Shown here in pieces: positions 1-8,621 of a stretch of DNA of 32,198 nt. A program made the translations under genes and the position numbers. Source of the DNA: Spirochaetia bacterium (GTDB taxonomy: Bacteria; Spirochaetota; Spirochaetia; Treponematales; UBA12059); the NCBI GenBank assembly GCA_034004175.1, contig JAVEXH010000001.1, forward strand, positions 1 through 32,198, written 5' to 3'. The stretch's first letter is position 1; each line of letters starts with the position of its first letter. The notes beneath the pieces are model-generated. The model had not been told where the DNA came from. It saw only the letters and a program-made list of their open reading frames with translations, and searched no databases.

Positions 1-416
1 ACCTTGGCAGTATCGACGATGTTGCTCCCTCATACTCATACACGGCGGGAAACTCGATTGGTCCTGTAACAATCAGATTCAGCGACAGCCTTGGCTTTAG
101 TACGAATGCCACGATAACTGTGCTGCTCCCAGCCCCTATAATACTCTCCGCAGAGAGAGTCCCTGGAGATACCTCGAAAGTCAGGATTGAGTGGTCATAC
201 CCGCCTCAGTACAAGATTCAAGGATTCCGGATACTACACAAAAGGGATACGGCAGAATTTGTCACTGCTGTCGGTGATGTCAGTGCTGAGTCTCTTCCGA
301 AGTCACCGACAGTGTTTGTTGCTTTCAATGCACAACCTGCTCAACCGAATACGTACAGGGTCTATGCTATTGCTGGCCCTTTTCAATCGACCTATGCCGA
401 AATAGTTGTCAACTAG
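1..416 (+). CDS. C-terminal fragment of a larger secreted/surface protein ending in a fibronectin-III/Ig-like beta-sandwich (5' end outside window)
   Basis: Reading frame 3 is open from the window edge (nt 3) to TAG at 414-416; the listed 120..416 ORF only begins at an internal GTG. The last ~90 aa (VRIEWSYPPQYKIQGFRILHK...YRVYAIAG) show the W...Y...YxVxA pattern typical of FN3 domains. Confidence 0.5.
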   Translation, partial: LGSIDDVAPSYSYTAGNSIGPVTIRFSDSLGFSTNATITVLLPAPIILSAERVPGDTSKVRIEWSYPPQYKIQGFRILHKRDTAEFVTAVGDVSAESLPKSPTVFVAFNAQPAQPNTYRVYAIAGPFQSTYAEIVVN

Positions 417-452
417 CTTATTCATTACTCCTGGGACAGCTTCCAGGCACTC

Positions 453-1364
453 TCATTCCTGGCTCAGTGCCTGCTGAAGTGGCTCCAAGGCCTTGGTGAC
501 TGCTGCATAGGTCTCGGCCTGACCCCTGAGTCGCTCCATGAGGGCCAGTTGCTCCACGTAGTGGTCCAGGGAGTCCAGTAGATCTGGATAATAGGCCCTG
601 ATTTCTGGTGAACTTGCGATTGCACGCAGAAGTACCTTTGTGTTCAGATCCAGCCCGAGAGCCTGCCTTTGAACGGCAATATCCTGGGAGCCGGCACTCA
701 GGGTTTCCAGCGCGCTTCTTCCTGCCGTGCTGAGCCTTTCAATTGCGGCATTCCTGGTGTCCAGCTCAGCCCTGAAGGTACGGATGGCCAGATCCCGATC
801 TTTTGATATGGTGTCCAGGGCAGTGCTCAAGGCCAGAGACAGAGCCCTCTCATCAGCCAACTGGGATTCCAGTACCATGATCCTGCTCTGGAATATTGTG
901 CTTGCAGAACCCGCCGGGGTGGATTGTTGGATTGCAGCTGGCTCTGCCGGCGATGGAGGATTTTCCTCCTCACTGGCTGTTGGGCTGGCCGGGACTTTCA
1001 GGCTGAGTGAAAGTATATCCCTCCGTTCTTCCTCTGCCTTCTGCAACTGGCTCCTGAGTATGGAAAGGCCTTGGGATGACTCAGGGTTCTGAACCAGTTG
1101 CAGGTATCGTCTCCGCAGTGCCAGGATTTCCTGCTCTTTGTCCATGAGTTGGCGGTCGGTATTTGCCTTCAGCGTCTGCATCAGGCTCCATTCGGTCGTG
1201 ACAAAACGGCTTTCCCTCAAAGATATTTCCGCCCCCTTCTCACGATAGAAGACTGAGGTAAACCAGATGAAGCCTGCAGCGAATACGACTAGAGCACTAT
1301 TGGAAACTATGAGGAAGACATCGAGACGGTTCTGCGGTTTGTGTTCCATCCCCGGATATTTCAT
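453..1364 (-). CDS. hypothetical membrane-anchored coiled-coil protein
   Basis: 303-aa ORF with one N-terminal hydrophobic helix (VFLIVSNSALVVFAAGFIWFTSVF), then long heptad-like Leu/Glu/Arg/Gln-rich segments and a Pro/Ser/Ala linker. No recognisable catalytic motif. Alternative ATG at 1349. Confidence 0.6.
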   Translation of the reverse strand: MKYPGMEHKPQNRLDVFLIVSNSALVVFAAGFIWFTSVFYREKGAEISLRESRFVTTEWSLMQTLKANTDRQLMDKEQEILALRRRYLQLVQNPESSQGLSILRSQLQKAEEERRDILSLSLKVPASPTASEEENPPSPAEPAAIQQSTPAGSASTIFQSRIMVLESQLADERALSLALSTALDTISKDRDLAIRTFRAELDTRNAAIERLSTAGRSALETLSAGSQDIAVQRQALGLDLNTKVLLRAIASSPEIRAYYPDLLDSLDHYVEQLALMERLRGQAETYAAVTKALEPLQQALSQE

Positions 1365-1426
1365 GTATGCTTATTCTATGATTAAACTCTCTGTTAATCC
1401 ACTATGCGTGATGCTATAGTGTACCC

Positions 1427-2860
1427 ATGAAAAAGAGCCTCCGCTTGCGATCACAGTTGTATCTGACGATCATCCCACTGGTTGCCGTCGTGGTTCTGCT
1501 GAGTGGTGTCCTTGCTGCTCTGGAATCACGATCTGCCATTACGGGAATTGCCAATAAGCACATAGCCTACAAGGCAGAACAGTTACGGGATTTTCTGTAC
1601 AGTGAATGGGACATGCTCAGTACCCTTGGGCTGGACTCACAGGCAGAATACCGGCTGTCCTCCCAGACATCCTTCCTGACCTATGCTTATTCGTTGTTGC
1701 GCAGCGAAACTGAATCGGTACTGGCCTTTGACAGCAATGGAACACTGATACTCCAGGCGGGATTGAGCTCCCAGCCCTTGGATGAACCTGATACCATGAC
1801 AGAAGAGAATGCGCAGGAGATATCTCCTGGATGGTTCGAGTCGGAACTCCTGGGTGAAGAACGGATCGGTGTCGCCTTCGTGTTCGAGCCCCTGGGCTGG
1901 ACCGTAGCGGTGACGGAATTGCAGTCTACTTTCTTTGTGGACATACAGAAAATCCAGTTCACATACCTTGTCATATTGCTCGTATCCATCATCACCGTCA
2001 CGCTGTTTCTGTCCATTTTCGTAGGTCATGTCATTGGTCCGGTGGAGCGGCTCTCCAGTACGATTTCTACCATAACTACCACAGGAGACTTGACCAGAAG
2101 AGTCTCCTCCGAGTTCACCGACGAAATCGGTAATCTGGCAACCAGGTTCAATGTCATGATCTCACGTCTGCATGGATATCAGCTTCAGCTGGAAGCTACC
2201 TTGGGCGCCGAGAAGCGGGCGAGGGACACCGCTGTAGCCCAGGAGGTGGAAACACTCTACATTCTGGGCAGGATATCGGATTATCGTGACGAGAAAACCG
2301 GGGAACACCTCAAACGCATTGGCACGCTCTCCACGTTCTTTTCGCAGTTGCTTGGACAGGATGAGCAGGAACAAAAAATCATGCTTCACAGTTCCGCTCT
2401 GCATGACATCGGAAAGATCGGCATACCGGATGCCATTCTGCACAAACCCGGAAAGCTGACTGCCGATGAGTTTGAAGAAATGAAACAGCATACGGTTATT
2501 GGCTTTGATCTTCTTAAGCATTCAAAGAGTGCATATCTGGTGGCAGGAGCATCCATAGCTCTGAGCCACCATGAGAACTGGGATGGCAGCGGTTATCCAC
2601 ATGGACTCGCCGGCGAGGAAATACCACTGAACAGCAGGATCGTGAGCATCCTCGATGTCTTTGACGCTCTGATCTCTGACCGTCCTTACAAGAAGGCCTG
2701 GTCCCATGATGCTGCTCTGGATATGTTGATCAGCCAGCGCGGCCTTAAATTCGATCCGCGCCTGGTTGACCTTTTCATCGAAAATTTCCAGCTGTTCAAC
2801 AAGGTCATGCATGATGGACTGAACATGCCGGATGCATATTTTCTTCCCGGAGCTTCCTGA
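1427..2860 (+). CDS. membrane sensor HD-GYP domain protein (probable c-di-GMP phosphodiesterase) with periplasmic Cache-like domain and HAMP
   Basis: N-terminal TM, ~150-aa extracytoplasmic region, second TM (FTYLVILLVSIITVTLFLSIFVG) and HAMP (PVERL...DEIGNLATRFNVM). HD-GYP signatures: HLKRIG, ALHDIGKIGIPD, HHENWDGSGYP, DVFDALISDRPYK. Confidence 0.9.
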   Translation: MKKSLRLRSQLYLTIIPLVAVVVLLSGVLAALESRSAITGIANKHIAYKAEQLRDFLYSEWDMLSTLGLDSQAEYRLSSQTSFLTYAYSLLRSETESVLAFDSNGTLILQAGLSSQPLDEPDTMTEENAQEISPGWFESELLGEERIGVAFVFEPLGWTVAVTELQSTFFVDIQKIQFTYLVILLVSIITVTLFLSIFVGHVIGPVERLSSTISTITTTGDLTRRVSSEFTDEIGNLATRFNVMISRLHGYQLQLEATLGAEKRARDTAVAQEVETLYILGRISDYRDEKTGEHLKRIGTLSTFFSQLLGQDEQEQKIMLHSSALHDIGKIGIPDAILHKPGKLTADEFEEMKQHTVIGFDLLKHSKSAYLVAGASIALSHHENWDGSGYPHGLAGEEIPLNSRIVSILDVFDALISDRPYKKAWSHDAALDMLISQRGLKFDPRLVDLFIENFQLFNKVMHDGLNMPDAYFLPGAS

Positions 2861-2863
2861 TTT

Positions 2864-4048
2864 TTATACGGTATGCTGGTGAGCTGCCAGTTCCAGTATT
2901 TTCCTGACTGCCTTGCTGTCCAGTTTCACGAACTGTCCTATGGTACGGACATCTCCGTCGGTGCTCTTGCGGGCCATCTCGTCAAGGCGGTCGATGCCTA
3001 TGTCCAGATCGGCAAGTCTGGTGCCCAGGCCCAGGGAATGATAATAGGCTTCCAGCCGGCGTATGCCCTCCCGTGCGGTGGCCTCCGGGTTGAAGTAGTC
3101 CATGTCAACATTCCAGACCCTGGCAGCCCACTGGGCAAAGCGGTTCACATCGTGGCTCAGGTTGTACTTCATCCACGCAGGGAATACCACAGCAAGGCCT
3201 GCGCCATGGGCCACATCGTAGATACCGCTGAGTTCGTGTTCTATGTCGTGGGAGGCCCAGTCAGCCAGCCTGCCGGTGTCCAGCAGGTTGTTGTGGGCCA
3301 CGGTCCCGGCCCACATGAACTCCGACCAAGCGTCGTAGTCAGCTGGATTGTCCAGGACCTTGGCAGCCATGTGGCTGACAGTCTTCATGGTGGCTTCAAG
3401 CAGGCGGTCGGTGTATTCCACATTCTTTGTGTTGGTGAAGTAGCGTTCCATGAGATGGGCCATGATGTCGGATGCGCCGCAGGCTATCTGGAAGCGGGGG
3501 AGGGTAAAGGTAAGCTCGGGATTCAGGATGGAGAAACGGGGGAAGAGGCAGTCGGCGTTCACTGCGCGCTTGAGCATGCCTTCGTCGTTGGTGATGACCG
3601 TGCCGGGGCTGGACTCGCTACCTGCAGCAGGAATGGTGAGAACCGTTGCCACGGGCAAGGCTCCTGCGGGCTGGCCCTTGCCGATGTAGTAGTTCCAGAC
3701 ATCGCCATCCATGACGGCGCCCATGGCAATGGCCTTGGCGGAGTCGATTACACTGCCGCCGCCCACGGCCAGGATCAGCTCAAGCTTGTTTTCCTTGCAT
3801 AGTTTTACACCTTGCTGAACCAGGGCCAGCCGTGGGTTGGGTACCACGCCGCCGAGCTCAACCCATTGCACGCCAGCTGCCTTCAGGGATGCACATACCC
3901 TGTCATACAGTCCGGACTTCTTTATGCTGCCGCTGCCGTAGTGGAGAAGGATCTTTTTTGCATGGGCGGCGGTCTCGGCGCCTACCTGGTTCTCTGCACC
4001 CTTGCCGAAGATGATTTTTGTGGGGTTCATGTACGTGAAATTGTTCAT
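2864..4048 (-). CDS. iron-containing (group III) alcohol dehydrogenase, butanol dehydrogenase/YqhD-like
   Basis: 394 aa. N-terminus MNNFTYMNPTKIIFGKGAE, GGGSVIDSAKAIA nucleotide-binding motif and metal-binding His cluster (HLMERYF...HDIEHELS...HGAGLA). AGGAGG Shine-Dalgarno 6 nt upstream of the ATG. Confidence 0.9.
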   Translation of the reverse strand: MNNFTYMNPTKIIFGKGAENQVGAETAAHAKKILLHYGSGSIKKSGLYDRVCASLKAAGVQWVELGGVVPNPRLALVQQGVKLCKENKLELILAVGGGSVIDSAKAIAMGAVMDGDVWNYYIGKGQPAGALPVATVLTIPAAGSESSPGTVITNDEGMLKRAVNADCLFPRFSILNPELTFTLPRFQIACGASDIMAHLMERYFTNTKNVEYTDRLLEATMKTVSHMAAKVLDNPADYDAWSEFMWAGTVAHNNLLDTGRLADWASHDIEHELSGIYDVAHGAGLAVVFPAWMKYNLSHDVNRFAQWAARVWNVDMDYFNPEATAREGIRRLEAYYHSLGLGTRLADLDIGIDRLDEMARKSTDGDVRTIGQFVKLDSKAVRKILELAAHQHTV

Positions 4049-4220
4049 TGCAGCCTCCTGTAAACACAGTAGATAGTACTATATATGCTTTGCCATGGGC
4101 AAACCGGCCTGTGAAGAAGACGCGACCGATCGACGAAGGGTATGGTGCCGCTCGTGGTGTATTTCCCCCGATCTGCATGCACTTCTGGTTGGCTTGGCAT
4201 TCCATCATACCTCACCAGCG

Positions 4221-4250
4221 TTGACCTCTGCCACCAGGGTGGCATAAAAT
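4221..4250 (+). promoter_or_regulatory. candidate sigma70-type promoter for the EIIC gene (TTGACC-N18-TAAAAT) with a GCCACC-AG-GGTGGC palindrome in the spacer
   Basis: TTGACC at 4221-4226 and TAAAAT at 4245-4250. The ATG at 4257 lies 6 nt downstream of the -10 and no SD is present, so the mRNA would be leaderless or nearly so. Palindrome at 4230-4243. Confidence 0.4.
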
Positions 4251-4256
4251 TGCACC

Positions 4257-5615
4257 ATGGAAACCATCATAACCAGTCTCTCGTCAGCCTTCGCGACCTT
4301 CTTCAGTTTCAAGGCCTATGTGATACTCCCCGTATTCATGCTCATCCTGGCCCTGGTTGCCAGGATGCGTCTGAAGGAAGCCCTGCTTGCCAGCATAAAG
4401 ATCGGTGTTGGCTTTTCAGGTGTATTTGTTGTCTTCAGCTTTTTTGTAACCCAGATAAGCCCTGCCATAGAGGCCATCATACAGGTGCGGGGCCTGAACT
4501 ATCCGGTGGCCGATGTGGGCTGGCCGCCCCTGGCTGCCATAACCTGGTCGTCGTCCCTGACGCCTTTGCTTATACCTCTGATCATGCTCCTGAACCTGGG
4601 CATGCTCATGACCAGGACCACGAAGACGCTGTATATCGACCTGTGGAACTACTGGCATTTTGCACTCATCGGCGTGTTGGTCCAGAACATGACCGGCAGC
4701 CTCTTGCTGGGCATAGCCGCCAGCCTCCTGATTGCCATCTATACCATCAAGAACTCCGACTGGTCGGCCCCGTACATCAAGCGGGAGATGGGTCTGGATG
4801 GCCTGGCCATAAGCCCTGTGTCGGTGGTGGGCCTCCTGCCTTACGCGGTGGCCATGAACAGCGTTTTTGACTCGGTTCCCGGATTGCGTCGACTGGGCTG
4901 GGATCCATCCAGAAAGGCCGCAACCAGCACCGGGCCCCACCTGATTCAGGAACCCATGGTCATCGGTATCCTGGTCGGCGTGTCCCTGTCGCTTCTGGCC
5001 GGCTATGACCTGAAGGCCACTCTGGAAACCTCCATCAATATTGCCGCCGTGATGTTCCTGCTGCCCAAGTGTGGTGGCCTCATAGGAGAGGGCATGAGTG
5101 CCGTATCGTCGGCCTTCAAGCAGTTGGTGGAGAAGCGCTTTGTAACCATGAAGGGGCTGGCCATAGCGGTTGATTCGGGCATCCTGATGACCCACCCCTC
5201 GGTGATCGCCACCGGGCTTATCCTGATACCTGTATCCCTGCTGATAGCCTTCATCATCCCGGGCAACCGGGTGATACCCCTGGGAGATCTGCCTAACCTC
5301 ATATCCATCATGTCCCTGACAACGCTGATAATGGGCGGCAATGTGCTGCGCGCCGTGCTTGCAGGCATCCCCGTTATTGCCACCTTCCTGCTCATAGCCT
5401 CTGACCTGGCTCCCCTGTACACCAGCCAGGCCTTGGCGGCCGGTATGGACTTTGACATAGGCGGGCGCGAGATTACCGCCTTTACCGACGGCGGCAACCA
5501 GGTTCGGTACTGGTTCTATCACCTATTCCAGGGCAACTGGATAGCCATTGCGATGGTGCCGGTTGTGCTTGCCCTGATGTGGTTTGCCTGGAAGAAATAC
5601 AGGAAGATGATATAG
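4257..5615 (+). CDS. PTS galactitol-family EIIC-type permease (GatC/SgcC-like), no cognate EIIA/EIIB in window
   Basis: 452-aa polytopic membrane protein colinear by eye with E. coli GatC: IKIGVGFSGVFVV, VADVGWP, LYIDLWNYWHF, IPGNRVIPLGDLPN. Confidence 0.8.
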   Translation: METIITSLSSAFATFFSFKAYVILPVFMLILALVARMRLKEALLASIKIGVGFSGVFVVFSFFVTQISPAIEAIIQVRGLNYPVADVGWPPLAAITWSSSLTPLLIPLIMLLNLGMLMTRTTKTLYIDLWNYWHFALIGVLVQNMTGSLLLGIAASLLIAIYTIKNSDWSAPYIKREMGLDGLAISPVSVVGLLPYAVAMNSVFDSVPGLRRLGWDPSRKAATSTGPHLIQEPMVIGILVGVSLSLLAGYDLKATLETSINIAAVMFLLPKCGGLIGEGMSAVSSAFKQLVEKRFVTMKGLAIAVDSGILMTHPSVIATGLILIPVSLLIAFIIPGNRVIPLGDLPNLISIMSLTTLIMGGNVLRAVLAGIPVIATFLLIASDLAPLYTSQALAAGMDFDIGGREITAFTDGGNQVRYWFYHLFQGNWIAIAMVPVVLALMWFAWKKYRKMI

Positions 5616-5656
5616 GAAACTGTTGCAGTCGGTTGCTATAAGTCGGTGCTAGTAAA

Positions 5657-5687
5657 AACGCCGGGCTGCGTGCGCAGGCCCGGCGTT
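5657..5687 (-). terminator. rho-independent terminator between convergent genes, strongest for the minus-strand ABC operon
   Basis: Perfect 10-bp GC-rich stem AACGCCGGGC / GCCCGGCGTT (5657-5666 / 5678-5687) with an 11-nt loop. On the minus strand it is followed by TTTTT (complement of 5654-5658). It lies 28 nt past the permease stop. Confidence 0.65.
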
Positions 5688-5714
5688 CTGTTCTGAGTCA
5701 GATCGTATAGTAGC

Positions 5715-6941
5715 TCAACCCAAACCGGCTTTGCGGCGGGTATACACGTCGTAGTAGACGGCAAACAACACAACCAGCGCCTTGACTACGTACTGGTAGT
5801 GCTGGCCAAGGTTCATCAGGGACATGCCGTTGTTTATGGCACTCATCACCAGGCCTCCGACTATCACACCGATCACCGTTCCTATGCCGCCGGCTGCCGA
5901 GACACCACCGATGTAGCAGGCCGCGATGGCATCCAGCTCGAAGTTTAGTCCGGCTTGTGGCAGGGCGGTATTCATATACCCTGTGGAAATGACACCCGCA
6001 AGCCCTGCCAGCATGCCCATGAAGCAGAACACGATGAAGGTGATGAATTCCGAATTGATGCCCGACAGTTTTGCCGACCGGGAGTTGCCACCCACTGCGT
6101 AGATGTAGCGGCCAAGGACGGTGTTGTTCAGGATGAACTGGAACACGAACACTGTTATGCCCACCACAAGGACGGCAATGGGAAGGCCGCGGTACTCGGC
6201 GAAGCGCTCTGCCAGGGCCAAGACCAATACACTGATGATGGCCAGCTTGCCGACGAAGATCGGTGTCGAGCTTACCGCAAAGTCATTGGTTATCTTCTTG
6301 TTCCGTGACATCACTTCGGAAATGATGAAGAGCACCACCAGAAGTACGCCCACAACAAGGGAAGCGGGATAGAGTCTGAAGCTGCCGGTGTCTACAAGCG
6401 GGCTCAGTTTGAGTACTTCGTCCACCGTACCGGTTGCGAGATAGGAATAGCCGGTGTCCCTCAGCGAAATGGGATTGATGTTGGTGACGAAATAGGTTAG
6501 CCCGCGGAACAGCATCATGCCAGCCAGGGTAACGATGAAGGCCGGTATTTTGGCATAGGCTACCCAGAGCCCCTGGAAGGCACCGATGGCAAGACCAATC
6601 GCCAGGCCGGAGACCACTGTCATGGGCATCCCGGCGCCTGAGTTGTAGATTATGGCCGTAAGTGCGCCAGTAAAAGCACAGACCGAACCGACCGAGAGGT
6701 CAATCCCGAGGATGATGATGGTCTGTACCATCCCGACTGCCAGAATCAGCACGTAGCTGTACTGGAAGAAGATGTTTGTCAGGTTGCGGGCGCCGAAATT
6801 GCGCCATCCGACCATGGGCGCAAAGATCAGCATGATCAGTGCAAGAATCAGGAACATCGAATAGTTGCGGATGTTGTTCCTGAAGATGGTCTTGAAGTCA
6901 GTTGTCCGTATTGTTTTTTCGCCCATGGTTCCCCCATCCAT
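5715..6941 (-). CDS. gguB: sugar ABC transporter permease, GguB/XylH-type
   Basis: 408 aa, ~10 TM, branched-chain/monosaccharide permease family look (GIDLSVGSV, GGNSRSAKLSGI). Follows the ATPase gene by 21 nt. Alternative ATG at 6926 is preceded by GGGGG. Confidence 0.85.
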   Translation of the reverse strand: MDGGTMGEKTIRTTDFKTIFRNNIRNYSMFLILALIMLIFAPMVGWRNFGARNLTNIFFQYSYVLILAVGMVQTIIILGIDLSVGSVCAFTGALTAIIYNSGAGMPMTVVSGLAIGLAIGAFQGLWVAYAKIPAFIVTLAGMMLFRGLTYFVTNINPISLRDTGYSYLATGTVDEVLKLSPLVDTGSFRLYPASLVVGVLLVVLFIISEVMSRNKKITNDFAVSSTPIFVGKLAIISVLVLALAERFAEYRGLPIAVLVVGITVFVFQFILNNTVLGRYIYAVGGNSRSAKLSGINSEFITFIVFCFMGMLAGLAGVISTGYMNTALPQAGLNFELDAIAACYIGGVSAAGGIGTVIGVIVGGLVMSAINNGMSLMNLGQHYQYVVKALVVLFAVYYDVYTRRKAGLG

Positions 6942-6962
6942 TGTTCATAGTGTATGCGGTCA

Positions 6963-8486
6963 TCAGCCGACCAGCGCCATATGCATGATTTTTTCCTGGG
7001 TTGCTTCCTCGCGGTTCAGCACGCCCTTTATCTTTCCTTCGTTCATGACATAGATCCTGTCAGCCATGCCGAGGGCTTCCGGAAGCTCTGAACTGACCAT
7101 GATTATGCTCTTGCCCTGGGCTGCCATGTCGTTGAGTATGGAGTAGATCTCCGACTTGGCACCTACATCGATTCCCCGTGTCGGTTCATCTACAATGAAT
7201 ATATCCGGATCAGCCATGAGGCTGCGGCTTACCACAACCTTCTGCTGGTTGCCGCCGGACAGGTTCCGGGTTATCTGATGTATCGAAGGGGTGCGTATAT
7301 TCAGGTCCTTGCGGTATTTCTCGGCCACAATGACTTCTTTGTGTCCATCCACGATGCCTGCCCGTGAAATCTTGCCCAGGCTGGAGTTGGAGATGTTGGT
7401 CTTTATGTCCTGGATCAGTATGAGCCCGAGGCTTTTACGGTCTTCGGAGATATACCCGAGCCCCGCCTTCATCGCGGCCCTGCAGGAGCCAAGATTGGGC
7501 TTCTTGCCATTGATTATTACTTCACCCTCGCTCCGGGATCCGTAGGATCTGCCGAAGATGCTCATCATCATTTCGGTACGCCCGGCACCCATGGGGCCGC
7601 AGAAGGCAAGTATCTCCCCCTTGCGCAGGAAGAAGGACACATCATCCACCACCTTTATGCTGTGGTAATCGGGATGGTAGACGGTCCAGTTCTTCACTTC
7701 CATCACCGTATCTCCCGGAACTGATTTACGCTCGGGGAAACGGTGGGTCAGATCACGGCCCACCATGTCGCGGATGATCCGCTCTTCGGTGAGCTTTTCT
7801 TCCTTCACACCGTAGGACGCCACGGACTTGCCATCCCGTAGCACCGTTACGGTATCGGCAACCTTCAGAACCTCGTTGAGTTTGTGGGAAATCATGACGC
7901 TGGTTATTCCCTGTTTCTTGAACTCAAGGATCAGGTTCAGCAGTTTCTCGCTCTCGTCATCGTTCAGGGAAGAGGTGGGCTCGTCCAGGATGAGAAGATC
8001 CGCCTTCTTGGACAGGGCCCTGGCTATCTCGACCAGTTGCTGCTTGCCTACGCCAAGCTTGCTTACAATGGTCTCCGGTGGTTCACCGAGCCCCACGATC
8101 TTCAGGTACTTGTTGGATTCCTTGATATAGTGATCCCAGTTGATGATGCCTAACTTGGTCTGCATATGTCCCAGGAAGATGTTTTCGTAGATTGATAGAT
8201 AGGGGCTCAGCGCAAGTTCCTGGTGGATGATGGCCAGGCCTTCCTTTTCGCTGTCTTTGACACTGTGGTATGCGGTCTCGTTGCCTTTGAATACTACTGT
8301 TCCCTCGTAACTGCCCTTGGGATATACCCCGCTGATGACACTCATGAGGGTCGATTTTCCCGCGCCGTTCTCTCCGCAGATGGAGTGGATTTCCCCGCGT
8401 CTGACCTTGAGGTCCACATTGTCCAGAGCCCTGACGCCGGGAAAGTCTTTTGTCAGGTTCTTGATTTCAAGGATGTACTCGTCCAC
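6963..8486 (-). CDS. gguA: sugar ABC transporter ATP-binding protein with duplicated ABC cassettes, GguA/XylG/MglA-type
   Basis: Two ABC cassettes: Walker A GENGAGKST plus LGVGKQQLVEIA/LLILDEPT, then CGPMGAGRTE plus LSGGNQQKV/IFIVDEPT. The track ORF extends to a TTG at 8594. I prefer GTG at 8486 (AAGGTGG 5 nt upstream), giving VDEYILEIKNLTK, the usual N-terminus of this family. Confidence 0.85.
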   Translation of the reverse strand: MDEYILEIKNLTKDFPGVRALDNVDLKVRRGEIHSICGENGAGKSTLMSVISGVYPKGSYEGTVVFKGNETAYHSVKDSEKEGLAIIHQELALSPYLSIYENIFLGHMQTKLGIINWDHYIKESNKYLKIVGLGEPPETIVSKLGVGKQQLVEIARALSKKADLLILDEPTSSLNDDESEKLLNLILEFKKQGITSVMISHKLNEVLKVADTVTVLRDGKSVASYGVKEEKLTEERIIRDMVGRDLTHRFPERKSVPGDTVMEVKNWTVYHPDYHSIKVVDDVSFFLRKGEILAFCGPMGAGRTEMMMSIFGRSYGSRSEGEVIINGKKPNLGSCRAAMKAGLGYISEDRKSLGLILIQDIKTNISNSSLGKISRAGIVDGHKEVIVAEKYRKDLNIRTPSIHQITRNLSGGNQQKVVVSRSLMADPDIFIVDEPTRGIDVGAKSEIYSILNDMAAQGKSIIMVSSELPEALGMADRIYVMNEGKIKGVLNREEATQEKIMHMALVG

Positions 8487-8621
8487 AAAGACCACCTTTT
8501 GCTGTATACAGGAATGCCACGGATGATCGGAATGTATTCCCACCCTCCGTGGCCTTTTTGCCCGCAGGCTGTTGAAAAAGCGGTAGCCCCTCAACAGCCT
8601 GCTCTTTCTACCGGAACACTA

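Noticed and set aside
2873-3802. 309-aa plus-strand ORF inside the alcohol dehydrogenase locus
   Set aside because: It is antisense to a clearly recognisable Fe-ADH (GGGSVIDSAKAIA and His cluster) and has no motifs of its own.
4142-5522. ORFs 4142..4870 (+, 242 aa), 4416..5522 (-, 368 aa) and 5003..5497 (-) overlapping the EIIC gene
   Set aside because: These are alternative-frame or antisense translations with biased R/H/G/P composition. The 4257..5615 frame gives a coherent GatC-like polytopic protein.
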